From positions 4,067 to 68,066 of the forward strand of contig JAUCBJ010001004.1 of assembly GCA_032718475.1 (NCBI GenBank): DNA of 64,000 nucleotides. Reading direction: 5' to 3'. Below the pieces are notes generated by a model, which saw only the letters and a program-made list of their open reading frames with translations, was not told the DNA's origin and did no database searches. This document shows positions 22,588-32,893 of this stretch, piece by piece. The translations under genes and the position numbers were made by a program. Origin of the DNA: Nemertoderma westbladi (taxonomy: Eukaryota > Animalia > Xenacoelomorpha). Each line of letters begins with the position of its first letter. Position 1 is the stretch's first letter.

Positions 22588-24561
22588 ATGTCTGATACTA
22601 AGCAGAACCTGTCAGACAGTATATTAGATGTAACTATCTGCGACTCAGATAGAGACGTACAACCGTCTGGTCGTAAATTCTGTTCACCTCCCACTGTGAG
22701 GAAGGTCATCCCTCCAGTAGTAATAACAGAACCTAGGCTAGTCCAACATCGTAGGTCTATCATAGGCACTCGAGCTCAGGTCAAGCGGGACCAAGAAGCA
22801 GCGGAACAGTAACAACCCGCGAGTCAAGAACTTATTCCTCAGCGGCCCAGCAGCTCCAGTAGTGAGGATACTGTAGAGCTGACACCCGAGCGCGGAGCAG
22901 AGATGACGGATGCGGTTTATACGGATCCCCTTCTCATCCTTCCAGCAGCCGTACTCACTAGGTTATTGATCGCGGTGGAAGAACACCAGATCGATTGGGC
23001 GAGAAGTCAACGGACAACTAGAGATAGTTACGCGGGATACACGAGTGAAGAACTGAAGTCCATTGTCGAGTCGCAATGGAACTTTCCCGGACCCGGACTC
23101 CCGTTTGATTTATCAGAAGCTGCCTGGGAAGACATACACCGGATGGGAGTAGCCAAGGAAACCATCGATCCAGCTGTATGGAAGAGGTCCGCAGCCGGAT
23201 ACGCACAGGGATTCTTCAGCTCTATGGAGCGAGTAGAAAGACAACTGTTTAAACAACCTCAAGGACCTCAAGAGCAGGGACAGCTGCTTTATCAAGTTAG
23301 AGAAAGAGTTCTGCGAATTAGGCTAATCTTATCCGCCTTTGAGGAGGCTTCTAAAAGAAGACAAGACACGTCGTTGCAAGTTGCCGTAAAGACTTGGCTT
23401 CAAAGGGTGAGACGCCAGGTTCAAGGAGCAGCTCAGTGGAAAGCTCAGTTGGAGGAGCGCTCAACACATGGAGAATCGACGGACGCTACTTTTTCCCAAG
23501 TGGAAAGTGAAGCGACGGCAGAGAAACCGCATAAGAAGGATGCCATTGATATTTATCTGTCAGACTATCAGCGTTTTTTGGGAGATGAAGAGTTGAGGAG
23601 AAGGCTAGAGGGACTTAGCCCTAATAGCGAAGGAGCCAAACTTGTGTTAGATGCGATTGATGTGGATAGGTTAGCGGCGAACCAAGCTAAATTCGATGAA
23701 CAACTCCGCATCGCTAGAGAAAAGGAAGAACAAGTAAGGAAAAAACGTATAGAAGATAGAAAGACAGCAGCAGCGGCAGTGGCAGCGGCAGAAGCGGAAA
23801 GAAAGGCAGCAGAGGCAGCGGCAGAGGCAAAAGCGGCAGCTGCAGCCGTAGAAGCGGAAAGGAAAGCGGCAGCGGCAGAAGCAAAAGTGGCAGCGGCAGC
23901 TGCAGCCGTAGAAGCGGAAAGGAAAGCGGCAGCGGCAGAAGCGGAAAGAAAGATAGCAGTGGCAGAAGCAGAACGGAGGGCATCTGAAGAGACAACCCAA
24001 CTAGAGTTGGAAAATCTTCAAGAGAGGCAAGATAACTTTAATAAACAGTTAACAGCTAGTAATATGCAGATGATGAATCGATCTACTCCCAAACGACAAG
24101 GTTATACATCATCTGAGGAAGGCGATACCACCGACACTGAAGGCGGAGGAAATCGATCCCGCCTAAGCAGATGTAAAAGAACATTCCACCGTCAGAAATT
24201 GCCTGATTTGCCTCCAGCTGTTAGAAGGCAACTAAATAACACCAACTTAGAGAGTACAGAACCCACAGACCAAATAATTACAATAGAAAGACTCCCTACT
24301 ATAGTAGATGAGCCTGAAATAAGTAGGCCTGTTCTTGAAATCACCCCTTCGGTAATAGATACACCTGTGCTCCCTGAAGCTACCTATAAATTCCCTCTAA
24401 ATTCCCTCTGCATAGCACTAAGCTACCTGTGCCCCGTAGAACTGCCCAGGAGACAGTTCAGGTCCTGGACCCCGAGCGAAATATTCCAAATTTGTCGCCC
24501 GTTGTCCCTCGTCTGCCCGCTACGACGTTGGCGGATCCCGTTTCGGCGGTTGATTGGGTAG
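22588..24561 (+). pseudogene. N-terminal extension of element B gag-pol (coiled-coil, Ala/Glu/Lys-rich)
   Basis: Homologous to A 41045..39200. In-frame TAA at 22810-22812; frameshift from an 11-bp tandem duplication aaattccctct (24388-24409). Confidence 0.85.
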
Positions 24562-27500
24562 ACGAGAGACGGCGGGGGATGGATATTCTCCTAGGAGAGA
24601 TGAAGGAGAATCGGATACGCTCTTCCCAACAGGTCCGAGAGTTGGAAGGGACTGTCCAACATTTAAAAGGAACAGTGAGGGAAAGTAAGTTAGAGTTGCA
24701 AGAAGTGCAGCAAAGTATCGCGCTAGAGCGCGATAAATTAGTAAATACTCAAAGAGGTATACCACCACCCTCTGTAACAATGTGTCAACCTGTTAGGTCT
24801 GAAGTATCGCATGCGCAAGGTGTGGAGCCTACACGCATATATACTGCTAGCGAAGTAGAAACTCCTATAGTGAACCCTATTAAGGGAAATTATAGACCTG
24901 TTGATAATGATATTCCCTATAGAACTGATCATAATCCGAGAAATTTATATACCGATAATTCGATATTAAATAACACGATGGCCCAAGAAAGTTTTACGCG
25001 TCAAATGGCTAGAACCGAAGCCCGGCAAGCGGTAAAGGTGGGAGAGATCGTCAAGTTCAATGGAGATGAGATGAAATGGTTACCTTTTAATGAATATTAC
25101 AAAGATAACATACAGAATTCTGTACTATCTAATGGAGAAAAACTTAGATACCTCATCGAGTGCTTGGAAGGATCTCCCAAATTAATGGCGTTAAAGTTTA
25201 TTGGACATCCAGACGGATTAAGACAAGTTTGGGATACACTAAACATCAGGTATGGTAATAGGAATAATATCGCTGGGTACTTATATGCAAAGTTAGTAGC
25301 GCCCCGAAAGTTTATTAGTAGTGGAATTATCGAGTTTTCCGATGAGATCCAGGAGATCTGCAGACAATTAGATTGGCTAGGTAAGTCTCATGAGTATCAG
25401 AACACTATGGTTATTAGAGCAGTGGCTTCTACTTTACCGAAAGGTGGAGTAGGTACACGCTGGGATAAGAAAGTGTTATATATGATGGAACAACAACGAC
25501 GAGACCCTACCATGGCTGATCTCATGTCATTCCTAGATGGAGAAGTGAAATTACAGCTCCTGAAACTGTCCAGAGAGAAGACACCGGAAAACAAGGTAAG
25601 TGAAAAACCCGTCTCTAGGAGAAAGGTAACACCAGTATGTTATACCGATGACGGCGAAAGCCAAACTTCTCAAGGAGAAGATAGCGGGAAGGACACGGAT
25701 AGATCTTATTACGTGAATAAAATGCCTAAAGATCAGGTAAGTAAATTCAAGTCTCGAACAAATGACAGGAGGGAACAGGTAAGAAAAACTCCTCCCACGT
25801 CTCCCAAGAGAATTCAGGTGAGAAAGCCCGAAGAAAAGGCAAGTGTACACAATGTGACTCAAAATAAGGTAAGTAACATCAAACCGAAATGTGCGCTGTG
25901 CGACGGGACCCACCATTTGAATAGGTGTGATGAATTTCTAAAGAAATCATTAACAGAGAGACGCGAAGTCATGTGGGATAAGCGGTTATGTTATAATTGC
26001 CTCAGACAAGGACACCAACGGCGAACCTGTTTCTCTGACATAAGGTGTGCAAAGTGTGGTGCGAAACATCATATCTTGTTGCACGCTGAATTCGATCGAA
26101 ATAGTCCGAATCAGGTAAGTGATTCCGAGCTACATGTCCAATTCAGTGATGTGAACGACACTGATCAATCTGAGATGGAAGGATTCTATACAGACGAGTT
26201 CTCCGACGAAAACGAATCCTGTTACATGATAAATACCGCAGTGTATCGAGCACTCACATATGAAAAGGATCCAGATAACGACTTTACTCTAACTACTTCT
26301 GAGCGACAACCATCTTGGAAAGAGCCATCTTCCAATGTAGGGATCCGAGAGTTTCCTGTGGTGCAAGTAAGGGTTCACGGACCTAAGAGGAGTTATGTAG
26401 TGAACGCCCTCCTGGACTCCGGCAGCACAGGAACATTCATCGATAAAGAGTTAGCCGAAGATATATTTGCTGGACAACCCAAGTTCCAAACTAAGCTCAA
26501 CATGTCAGGCATTATGCAAGTTTGGAAATCTACAATAACAGCTGATTATTATGTAGGAGCGTTGTCCACCCCCCAAGACGAACTAGGAGAACACAGCATA
26601 AGGTCAGTGAAAATGGTGGCTATAAAGAACTTCGCTACTACTCAAGCAGACCTTTATAATTGGGACGAGGATGAGAGCATCCAACATCTTAACATACCTC
26701 GATTCCAGACTGATTATCCTGGAGTGCAAATACTCATCGGCCAAAACGCGCATGAGGCGCTGGAGACGTTAGAGAAACGGCCTGCTCAACCGCAGCCCCT
26801 ACAGACCTATGCGGTGAGAACTAGAGTAGGTTGGTACTTTACTGGCCCTTCCCGTAGAACACTCCGAGAAAGACTACCGCCAGAGAGCGTATGCCAGGTG
26901 AGTGAATGGGAAGATGATACCAGTGAGGGAGACAACTCAACTGAGGGAATTCCATACTCCTCAGATAATGACGACGTTCACCAGCTTTTTGATGAGGAGA
27001 ATACCATCGATCTCCTTAAGGAAAACGAGGCTTGGCAAAACCAAGTAAACTTATGTCAACTTCTCTATCCATCTGAACGAGAAGCTTACAACGACGAGTT
27101 AAATGACGTCATTGAGCGTTGCAATGCCAAGACTCGAGATGAACATGCTGTACGATTCTTTACGCAAGAGGCGGTAGAGCCCAATTCCTACGATAAAGCC
27201 TTGTCGGTGGAAGAGGAAAGGGCCAAGCAGATCCAAGAGACGACTACACGTTTCCTCAAAGATCAAGGTAGGTATGAAGTCGGTTTACCTTTTCGCAAGA
27301 GAGAACCGAAGTTCATCAATAACAGACCCCTGGCGGAAAAAAGAATCGCGCAACTCCATCGACGCCTTACAGCTAATTCTTCAGCTAAAGCAATGTATCA
27401 AACACAGCTGGAAAAATTTATTAGTAAGGGATACGCGGAGAGGGTACCGGAAGAAACACCTGTGACTGAAAGAACGTATTATTTAACTCACCATTACGTT

Positions 27501-30500
27501 CCTAAACCCGGTAAACCAAATGAAGTGAGAGTAGTGTTTGATGGCTCCGCTCTTTACATGGGTCAATCCCTTAACTCTGAATTGTTACCCGGACCCAACT
27601 TGCTTCAATCTTTGTTGGGAATTCTTTTAAGATTGAGACAATATTCGATTGCTTTCGCCTCCGATATAGAAGGCATGTTCTTACAAGTCAAGGTGTTAGA
27701 TAGGGATCGAGATAGTCTACGATTTCTGTGGTGGCCCGAAGGAGACCTCAACCAGAAACCGGTGGAGTACTGGATGACCATCCAGGCCTTTGGGATAATC
27801 TCAAGCCCTTCCAACGCCTGTTCGGTAGTGCGTACTACTGCAGAGGACAACAGAGAGGCCTTCTCTAAGGAAGTGATCGACAACATCAAGAGAGACATAT
27901 ACATGGACGACAATCTGAAGTCCCTTCCATCAGTTGAGGAAGCCATTGAGGTCGCTAAGGGAACGGTAGAGTGCTTAAAAAGAGGTGGGTTTCGATTAAC
28001 CAAATTCACCAGCAACTCCCGTGAGTTTCTGGAGTCGATCCCTGCGGAAGATCGCGGAGCGAAAGATCTCGATTTGATCAAAGATGATCTGCCAGAAACC
28101 AAGACACTCGGCTTGAAATGGGACACAGAGAGAGATATCCTGTTTTTCCAACTAAAACAGCGAGATAATCCTGTTCGAACCAAACGGATTTGCTTAAGTA
28201 TACTGAGCACTTATTTCGATCCATTGGGATTTATTAGCCCAGTTATATTGATTGCTCGTAGTTTGGTACAACAAATGTGGCTTGAAAACCACTCATGGGA
28301 CGATCCACTTAAGGGGGAATTATTGAAGCAGTGGATGAAATGGGAAGATTCTCTGCCAGCTATCGAGGATTTTATAATTTCCCGTTCATATTTTGGTCAT
28401 GTTCTCCCTACGTATTCCTATCAACTCCATGTGTTTGGAGACGCCAGCGATATGGGAATCGGTATAGTAGCCTACCTAAGAGTGGAAACTCCGGATGGAA
28501 TCAAAGTCGCCTTGGTTACTTCTAAGGCATTAATCAACAACAAGTTGAAAGTTCCTCGAGCGGAGTTAAAGGCGGCTCTATACGCTACAGCCATCGGCCG
28601 GAATGTAACCGAACAGATTGACTATACATTAGAGAAAACTGTCTATTGGACCGACGCTTTACTCGTGTTAGAGTATATAACCAATGAAGTCTGTCAGTTC
28701 AGCGTCTTCGTTACCAACAGGGTAGCCATCATACTTAGTCGCACGACGATGGACCAATGGAGACATTGCCCCGGAACGATTAACCCAGCAGACATCGCGT
28801 CCCGAGGAGCGACTCCAAAGGAATTGGTAAATACTCCCGAATGGTTAGGAGGACCCGACTTTCTCTACAGAGAAGAAGAAGAATGGCCTCCCCATCTCAC
28901 AACAGCAGAGATCAGACAGGCCAAGGGAGCGGAGAAAGTTAAACCCAAAACTCGAGCGAGTAAATCGAAGTTGTTTAAACCTGCGGTTGATCTATCTGTA
29001 TTATTTACTTCCGGAGAGGATGCTTTGGATCAGAAACCCACCGCCACGACGAAAGAAGTCTTGGAAATCCGTGACAAGGATTGGAAATCTAGAATACCAG
29101 ATATCGCGCAAGGACTCTCACCTCTCTTGCAGAGAGCGATACGTCACTACAGTTCCTGGAATCGACTCTGTAAAGCTGTCACCTATTTAAAACGATGTTT
29201 TCATCATCGTTACTCCGGGACAAAGCCCAATAGTGATGATGCTCCATCAACATCTGCACGAGTCCATGTTGTTAAAGATCTTCCACAATACAAGGTATCC
29301 GACAGGTTTCTAAAGGAGAAGATCAGCTACCAGGAGCATGATGAAACCAACAAACAGATGCTGAGACTCCTACAATGCTATGAGGATTCCGATAAGTATT
29401 TCCTGTTGTTAAGAAATCCGCAGATGCGCTTAAGGGATCGCTTCTCTAGTACCATGATAGATGGGTTAATACGTGTTGGAGGTCGGCTCACCAACGCCCC
29501 GTTATCCTTTGACACTAAATTTCCCATACTCATTAGAAATCTTGATATACAAATCAAGATAATTGTGGATGTTCATAGCAAACTGTATCATGCTGGTAGA
29601 GAACGAGTTCTGAGCGAAATTCGAACTCGCTACTATTTTTATAAACCTCGTAGGGCTCTGAACCAAGTTCTTAGGAATTGTATACCCTGTAGGAAAGCAT
29701 TCAGTAGGCCTTTGACACAGCGAGAGGCAGAATTACCTAGGGAAACAGTAAGCTTCTATGAACCACCCTTTACTAATACCGGTGTGGATTTATTTGGCCC
29801 TATTGAAGTATATCGTGCCCGGACTATAGTCAAGAGATGGTGTGTCATCTTCGTTTGTATGACTTGTAGAGCTATCCACCTCGATATGGTAAACGATCTC
29901 TCCACCAACAGCTTCGTGTTGAGTTTACGACGACAGATCGCTCGCTTCGGAACCAGTAACACGATGAGATCGGATAAGGGAACGAACTTCATTGGCGCCA
30001 ACAACGAAATTCAAGCTTACGTAAAGGACTGGAACAAAAGACAGGTGGACGATCAGCTAAGGATAACAGCGTCTAGCTGGACCTTCAACGCCGCCGACGC
30101 CCCTTGGTGGGGAGGAAGTTGGGAGAGATTGATTAGGAGCGTGAAGACTGCGTTCCATTTTATTGTGCCCTGTCGCGCTTATCTCACCGACGAACTATTG
30201 CGGACGTTAATGGAGGAAATCGCCGCCTATCTCAACGAAAGACCGCTTATGCCAGTCTCTTCAAATCCTGATTCCCTGGAAGCGCTAACACCCGCGCACT
30301 TTCTACTGAAGAAGCCCGTAGCCATGCTCCCACGATCAGAGATCACCGACGGAGACGAGTACTGCCGTCGAACCTGGCAACTTATGCAGTTGCTATCCCG
30401 TCGTTTCGCTGACCATTTCGAGAAACATTACCTGCCCACTCTACAACTTCGAACTAAGTGGTTTGCGCAGCAAGAAAACGTCAGCGCTGGAGACATGGTG

Positions 30501-30785
30501 CTTATTGTGGACCCCGATCTCCCACGTAAGCGATGGCAAACGGGACGTATCATCGAGACTTATATCTCGAGCGATGGTTTGGTGCGATCAGTAGAGCTCG
30601 TCGTCATGCGGCGGAACTTTAAGAAACCAGGGATAGTCTTTGAGACTCAACAGCTCAATCGCCCAGTGGGACGTTTATGTTTACTGGAAAGAGACAGAGA
30701 GCTCTCCGGAAACTATGGAAGGCAAGAAACTCTTCCCACGACCACTTCCCTAATCCAACCGACATCTAGGGACTCCCCAACTTAA
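24429..30785 (+). CDS. BEL/Pao Gag-Pol polyprotein (Gag, three Zn knuckles, aspartic protease, RT, RNase H, integrase)
   Basis: FNGDEMKWLPF/EKLRYL; CALCDGTHHLNRC, CYNCLRQGHQRRTC, CAKCGAKHHILLH; ALLDSGS; VRVVFDGS, LLPGPNL, YMDD; FGDAS; GVDLFGP, SDKGTNF, WERLIRSVK. Confidence 0.96.
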   Translation: MPRRTAQETVQVLDPERNIPNLSPVVPRLPATTLADPVSAVDWVDERRRGMDILLGEMKENRIRSSQQVRELEGTVQHLKGTVRESKLELQEVQQSIALERDKLVNTQRGIPPPSVTMCQPVRSEVSHAQGVEPTRIYTASEVETPIVNPIKGNYRPVDNDIPYRTDHNPRNLYTDNSILNNTMAQESFTRQMARTEARQAVKVGEIVKFNGDEMKWLPFNEYYKDNIQNSVLSNGEKLRYLIECLEGSPKLMALKFIGHPDGLRQVWDTLNIRYGNRNNIAGYLYAKLVAPRKFISSGIIEFSDEIQEICRQLDWLGKSHEYQNTMVIRAVASTLPKGGVGTRWDKKVLYMMEQQRRDPTMADLMSFLDGEVKLQLLKLSREKTPENKVSEKPVSRRKVTPVCYTDDGESQTSQGEDSGKDTDRSYYVNKMPKDQVSKFKSRTNDRREQVRKTPPTSPKRIQVRKPEEKASVHNVTQNKVSNIKPKCALCDGTHHLNRCDEFLKKSLTERREVMWDKRLCYNCLRQGHQRRTCFSDIRCAKCGAKHHILLHAEFDRNSPNQVSDSELHVQFSDVNDTDQSEMEGFYTDEFSDENESCYMINTAVYRALTYEKDPDNDFTLTTSERQPSWKEPSSNVGIREFPVVQVRVHGPKRSYVVNALLDSGSTGTFIDKELAEDIFAGQPKFQTKLNMSGIMQVWKSTITADYYVGALSTPQDELGEHSIRSVKMVAIKNFATTQADLYNWDEDESIQHLNIPRFQTDYPGVQILIGQNAHEALETLEKRPAQPQPLQTYAVRTRVGWYFTGPSRRTLRERLPPESVCQVSEWEDDTSEGDNSTEGIPYSSDNDDVHQLFDEENTIDLLKENEAWQNQVNLCQLLYPSEREAYNDELNDVIERCNAKTRDEHAVRFFTQEAVEPNSYDKALSVEEERAKQIQETTTRFLKDQGRYEVGLPFRKREPKFINNRPLAEKRIAQLHRRLTANSSAKAMYQTQLEKFISKGYAERVPEETPVTERTYYLTHHYVPKPGKPNEVRVVFDGSALYMGQSLNSELLPGPNLLQSLLGILLRLRQYSIAFASDIEGMFLQVKVLDRDRDSLRFLWWPEGDLNQKPVEYWMTIQAFGIISSPSNACSVVRTTAEDNREAFSKEVIDNIKRDIYMDDNLKSLPSVEEAIEVAKGTVECLKRGGFRLTKFTSNSREFLESIPAEDRGAKDLDLIKDDLPETKTLGLKWDTERDILFFQLKQRDNPVRTKRICLSILSTYFDPLGFISPVILIARSLVQQMWLENHSWDDPLKGELLKQWMKWEDSLPAIEDFIISRSYFGHVLPTYSYQLHVFGDASDMGIGIVAYLRVETPDGIKVALVTSKALINNKLKVPRAELKAALYATAIGRNVTEQIDYTLEKTVYWTDALLVLEYITNEVCQFSVFVTNRVAIILSRTTMDQWRHCPGTINPADIASRGATPKELVNTPEWLGGPDFLYREEEEWPPHLTTAEIRQAKGAEKVKPKTRASKSKLFKPAVDLSVLFTSGEDALDQKPTATTKEVLEIRDKDWKSRIPDIAQGLSPLLQRAIRHYSSWNRLCKAVTYLKRCFHHRYSGTKPNSDDAPSTSARVHVVKDLPQYKVSDRFLKEKISYQEHDETNKQMLRLLQCYEDSDKYFLLLRNPQMRLRDRFSSTMIDGLIRVGGRLTNAPLSFDTKFPILIRNLDIQIKIIVDVHSKLYHAGRERVLSEIRTRYYFYKPRRALNQVLRNCIPCRKAFSRPLTQREAELPRETVSFYEPPFTNTGVDLFGPIEVYRARTIVKRWCVIFVCMTCRAIHLDMVNDLSTNSFVLSLRRQIARFGTSNTMRSDKGTNFIGANNEIQAYVKDWNKRQVDDQLRITASSWTFNAADAPWWGGSWERLIRSVKTAFHFIVPCRAYLTDELLRTLMEEIAAYLNERPLMPVSSNPDSLEALTPAHFLLKKPVAMLPRSEITDGDEYCRRTWQLMQLLSRRFADHFEKHYLPTLQLRTKWFAQQENVSAGDMVLIVDPDLPRKRWQTGRIIETYISSDGLVRSVELVVMRRNFKKPGIVFETQQLNRPVGRLCLLERDRELSGNYGRQETLPTTTSLIQPTSRDSPT

Positions 30786-32434
30786 TATCGTTCGGAGTGG
30801 GCGTGTGACTCTATTATTTTATATTATTTTATTATTTTTTACATTTATGTATGTATTACTATGTAATTTTATTATAATCGTTTTATTTAATTTAGTAGAA
30901 TATTATTTAGCGATTATTTTGTAGAATAGTGCAATATATTCGTGTTTATTACGTACGTAATTACTTATATTATATTTAGTGAGACGGCGAAGAAATAATT
31001 ATTTTTCTCTTTCCTTACTGTCCGTATTATATTATAAATACGTAACTACAGTAAGATGAAATGTCCGTACTTATTAAAGTACAATAAAGCCACTACTATA
31101 TTTAAGTATTATTGGTAGGCAGAGTATTAGGAATGCAAAGTTCAGATCCTCGTGTCTCGGCTAAACCAAGCTCTGGGTAGACCTTGGAAACGACTTGCCT
31201 CTTCACACTGACATTGCTTCGTGCGATATTGCTCTCATACCGTATATTAAATAATACATATAGTAGCGTGATGTCCCTTTAACAGTAGCGTATAACGCAA
31301 AATAAATCTGTTAAACCCTTTGACCATCTGTAATTCTAGTCGATTAAGATATCGTGGCACCCACCGATATACTTGAAAGACAAATTATAGAATCAGTGGT
31401 TAACGTCCCCAGACAAGTTCTGGAATAAATCGGTGCCCATCTCAAATATTAATTAGTTAATATTTACAAATCAAATAAGTCAAAATCTGTAAAATTCAGA
31501 TCCTTCAACAATTCTAGTCAATTAAGATATCGTAGCATTTACCGATATTCTTAAAGAGACAATTTTCTTAGAATTAAGGATCTTGTGTCCCTAGACATGT
31601 TCTAGAATCAAAATATGCCCATTTAATTATCAAATAATAAAATTTCAGGGAATAAATTTAAATTCATGTCTTTTAATGAATTTAATAAATTGCCATTTTA
31701 CGCGATTTATAACATTCCCAAAATTCCATTAATTAATAGATCAAGGGAGCGGAGATTTATATTATTATGCATATGAGTGTGCGAAAGTCTCCCAAACATA
31801 GTTAATAGCTGATAAAATTCGTAAAGTCATGTATAAACAGGACATTGACTATTAAAGAATTCCTATTAAATAACATCCCAGATCTGTATGCATTGGAATT
31901 ACCCTAATTCTACCGCTAGCTTTATATAATGTCACCATAGCAACAACCACGCTAGAATTAGAATTGAGTTAAAAGAACAATAGAAAGCTTGTCCCATTGA
32001 ATAGCATAGGGAATAAATAGCGCACTGCTAGTATCCAAGGATACATAATAATACAGTGACATTCTGGAAGGCATTGACTAACGGACAAATGGCCCGAATG
32101 TGCGTAGTTGTGACCAGTTGTGTGGTATTTGTGAGTTTATAGGTGAATGTTACTGCTAAAGTGTGTTTACAGTAGCTAGTCGCAATCGTAAAGTAACCTA
32201 ACTCTCCAAGGAATACCTGAAGTACATCTAAGCCTTTGGGACGGACAGTGGAGTGACTTGTGCCGGTTATCGTTGTCGTTGTACGGCTACGTCGTTGGCG
32301 AAAGTACAGCTACAGCGGTACATCGGCGCTGAGAATCTCCTACTGTCCGGGGGCAAGGGAGAAATAGGCAGCGACGCCCGCTCGCCTAACGATATATAAA
32401 CTCATTATAATATTGGTGAACTTGTATAGCAGAT

Positions 32435-32800
32435 ATGACTGAATTAATAGAAGATGATCTTGGTATCAGGGAGAGATATACTCTACCTTTACAAGCGTTT
32501 GTCGATAGCTTGATACGCGGCGACGCTGATCCAACTACTACGGAGGACGATGGTCGTTATATCGAACCGCCAATGTCCCAGGAGCAACTTACGCGTGAAT
32601 TGGATTATAGAAAGTTCACTGCTCGCTACACGCATCGTAATGGTACGTATATGGACTTCTTGACCACTGGTCATCCTATTGATTTACACGATACGGACGA
32701 TGTAGACACCGAAAGGGAAATGGTTTTATTTAAATATCATGCCCAGCGGAGTCGAAACGATAAATCGAGAATAGAACACGAGAACCCTATTCGAAATTAA
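32435..32800 (+). CDS. Element B accessory ORF, N-terminal part (unknown function)
   Basis: Conserved with A 14590..14192, with many synonymous changes. Same frame as 32894..34669 but separated from it by three stops. Confidence 0.7.
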   Translation: MTELIEDDLGIRERYTLPLQAFVDSLIRGDADPTTTEDDGRYIEPPMSQEQLTRELDYRKFTARYTHRNGTYMDFLTTGHPIDLHDTDDVDTEREMVLFKYHAQRSRNDKSRIEHENPIRN

Positions 32801-32893
32801 CTCGAAGGATAGAACGTGGAAGAAGAATGCGAAATAGTTTTTCCTCTGCTCTACCATCGCTGTCGGAGAACATATTAGGCATACAATGGGAAT

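Noticed and set aside
23671-24000. Cys/Arg- and Leu/Pro-rich antisense ORFs (also 39704-40062 and other shadow ORFs)
   Set aside because: Antisense shadows of repetitive or long coding regions.
24388-24430. Programmed ribosomal frameshift in element B gag
   Set aside because: Explained by an 11-bp tandem duplication that is absent from element A, where the frame is continuous.
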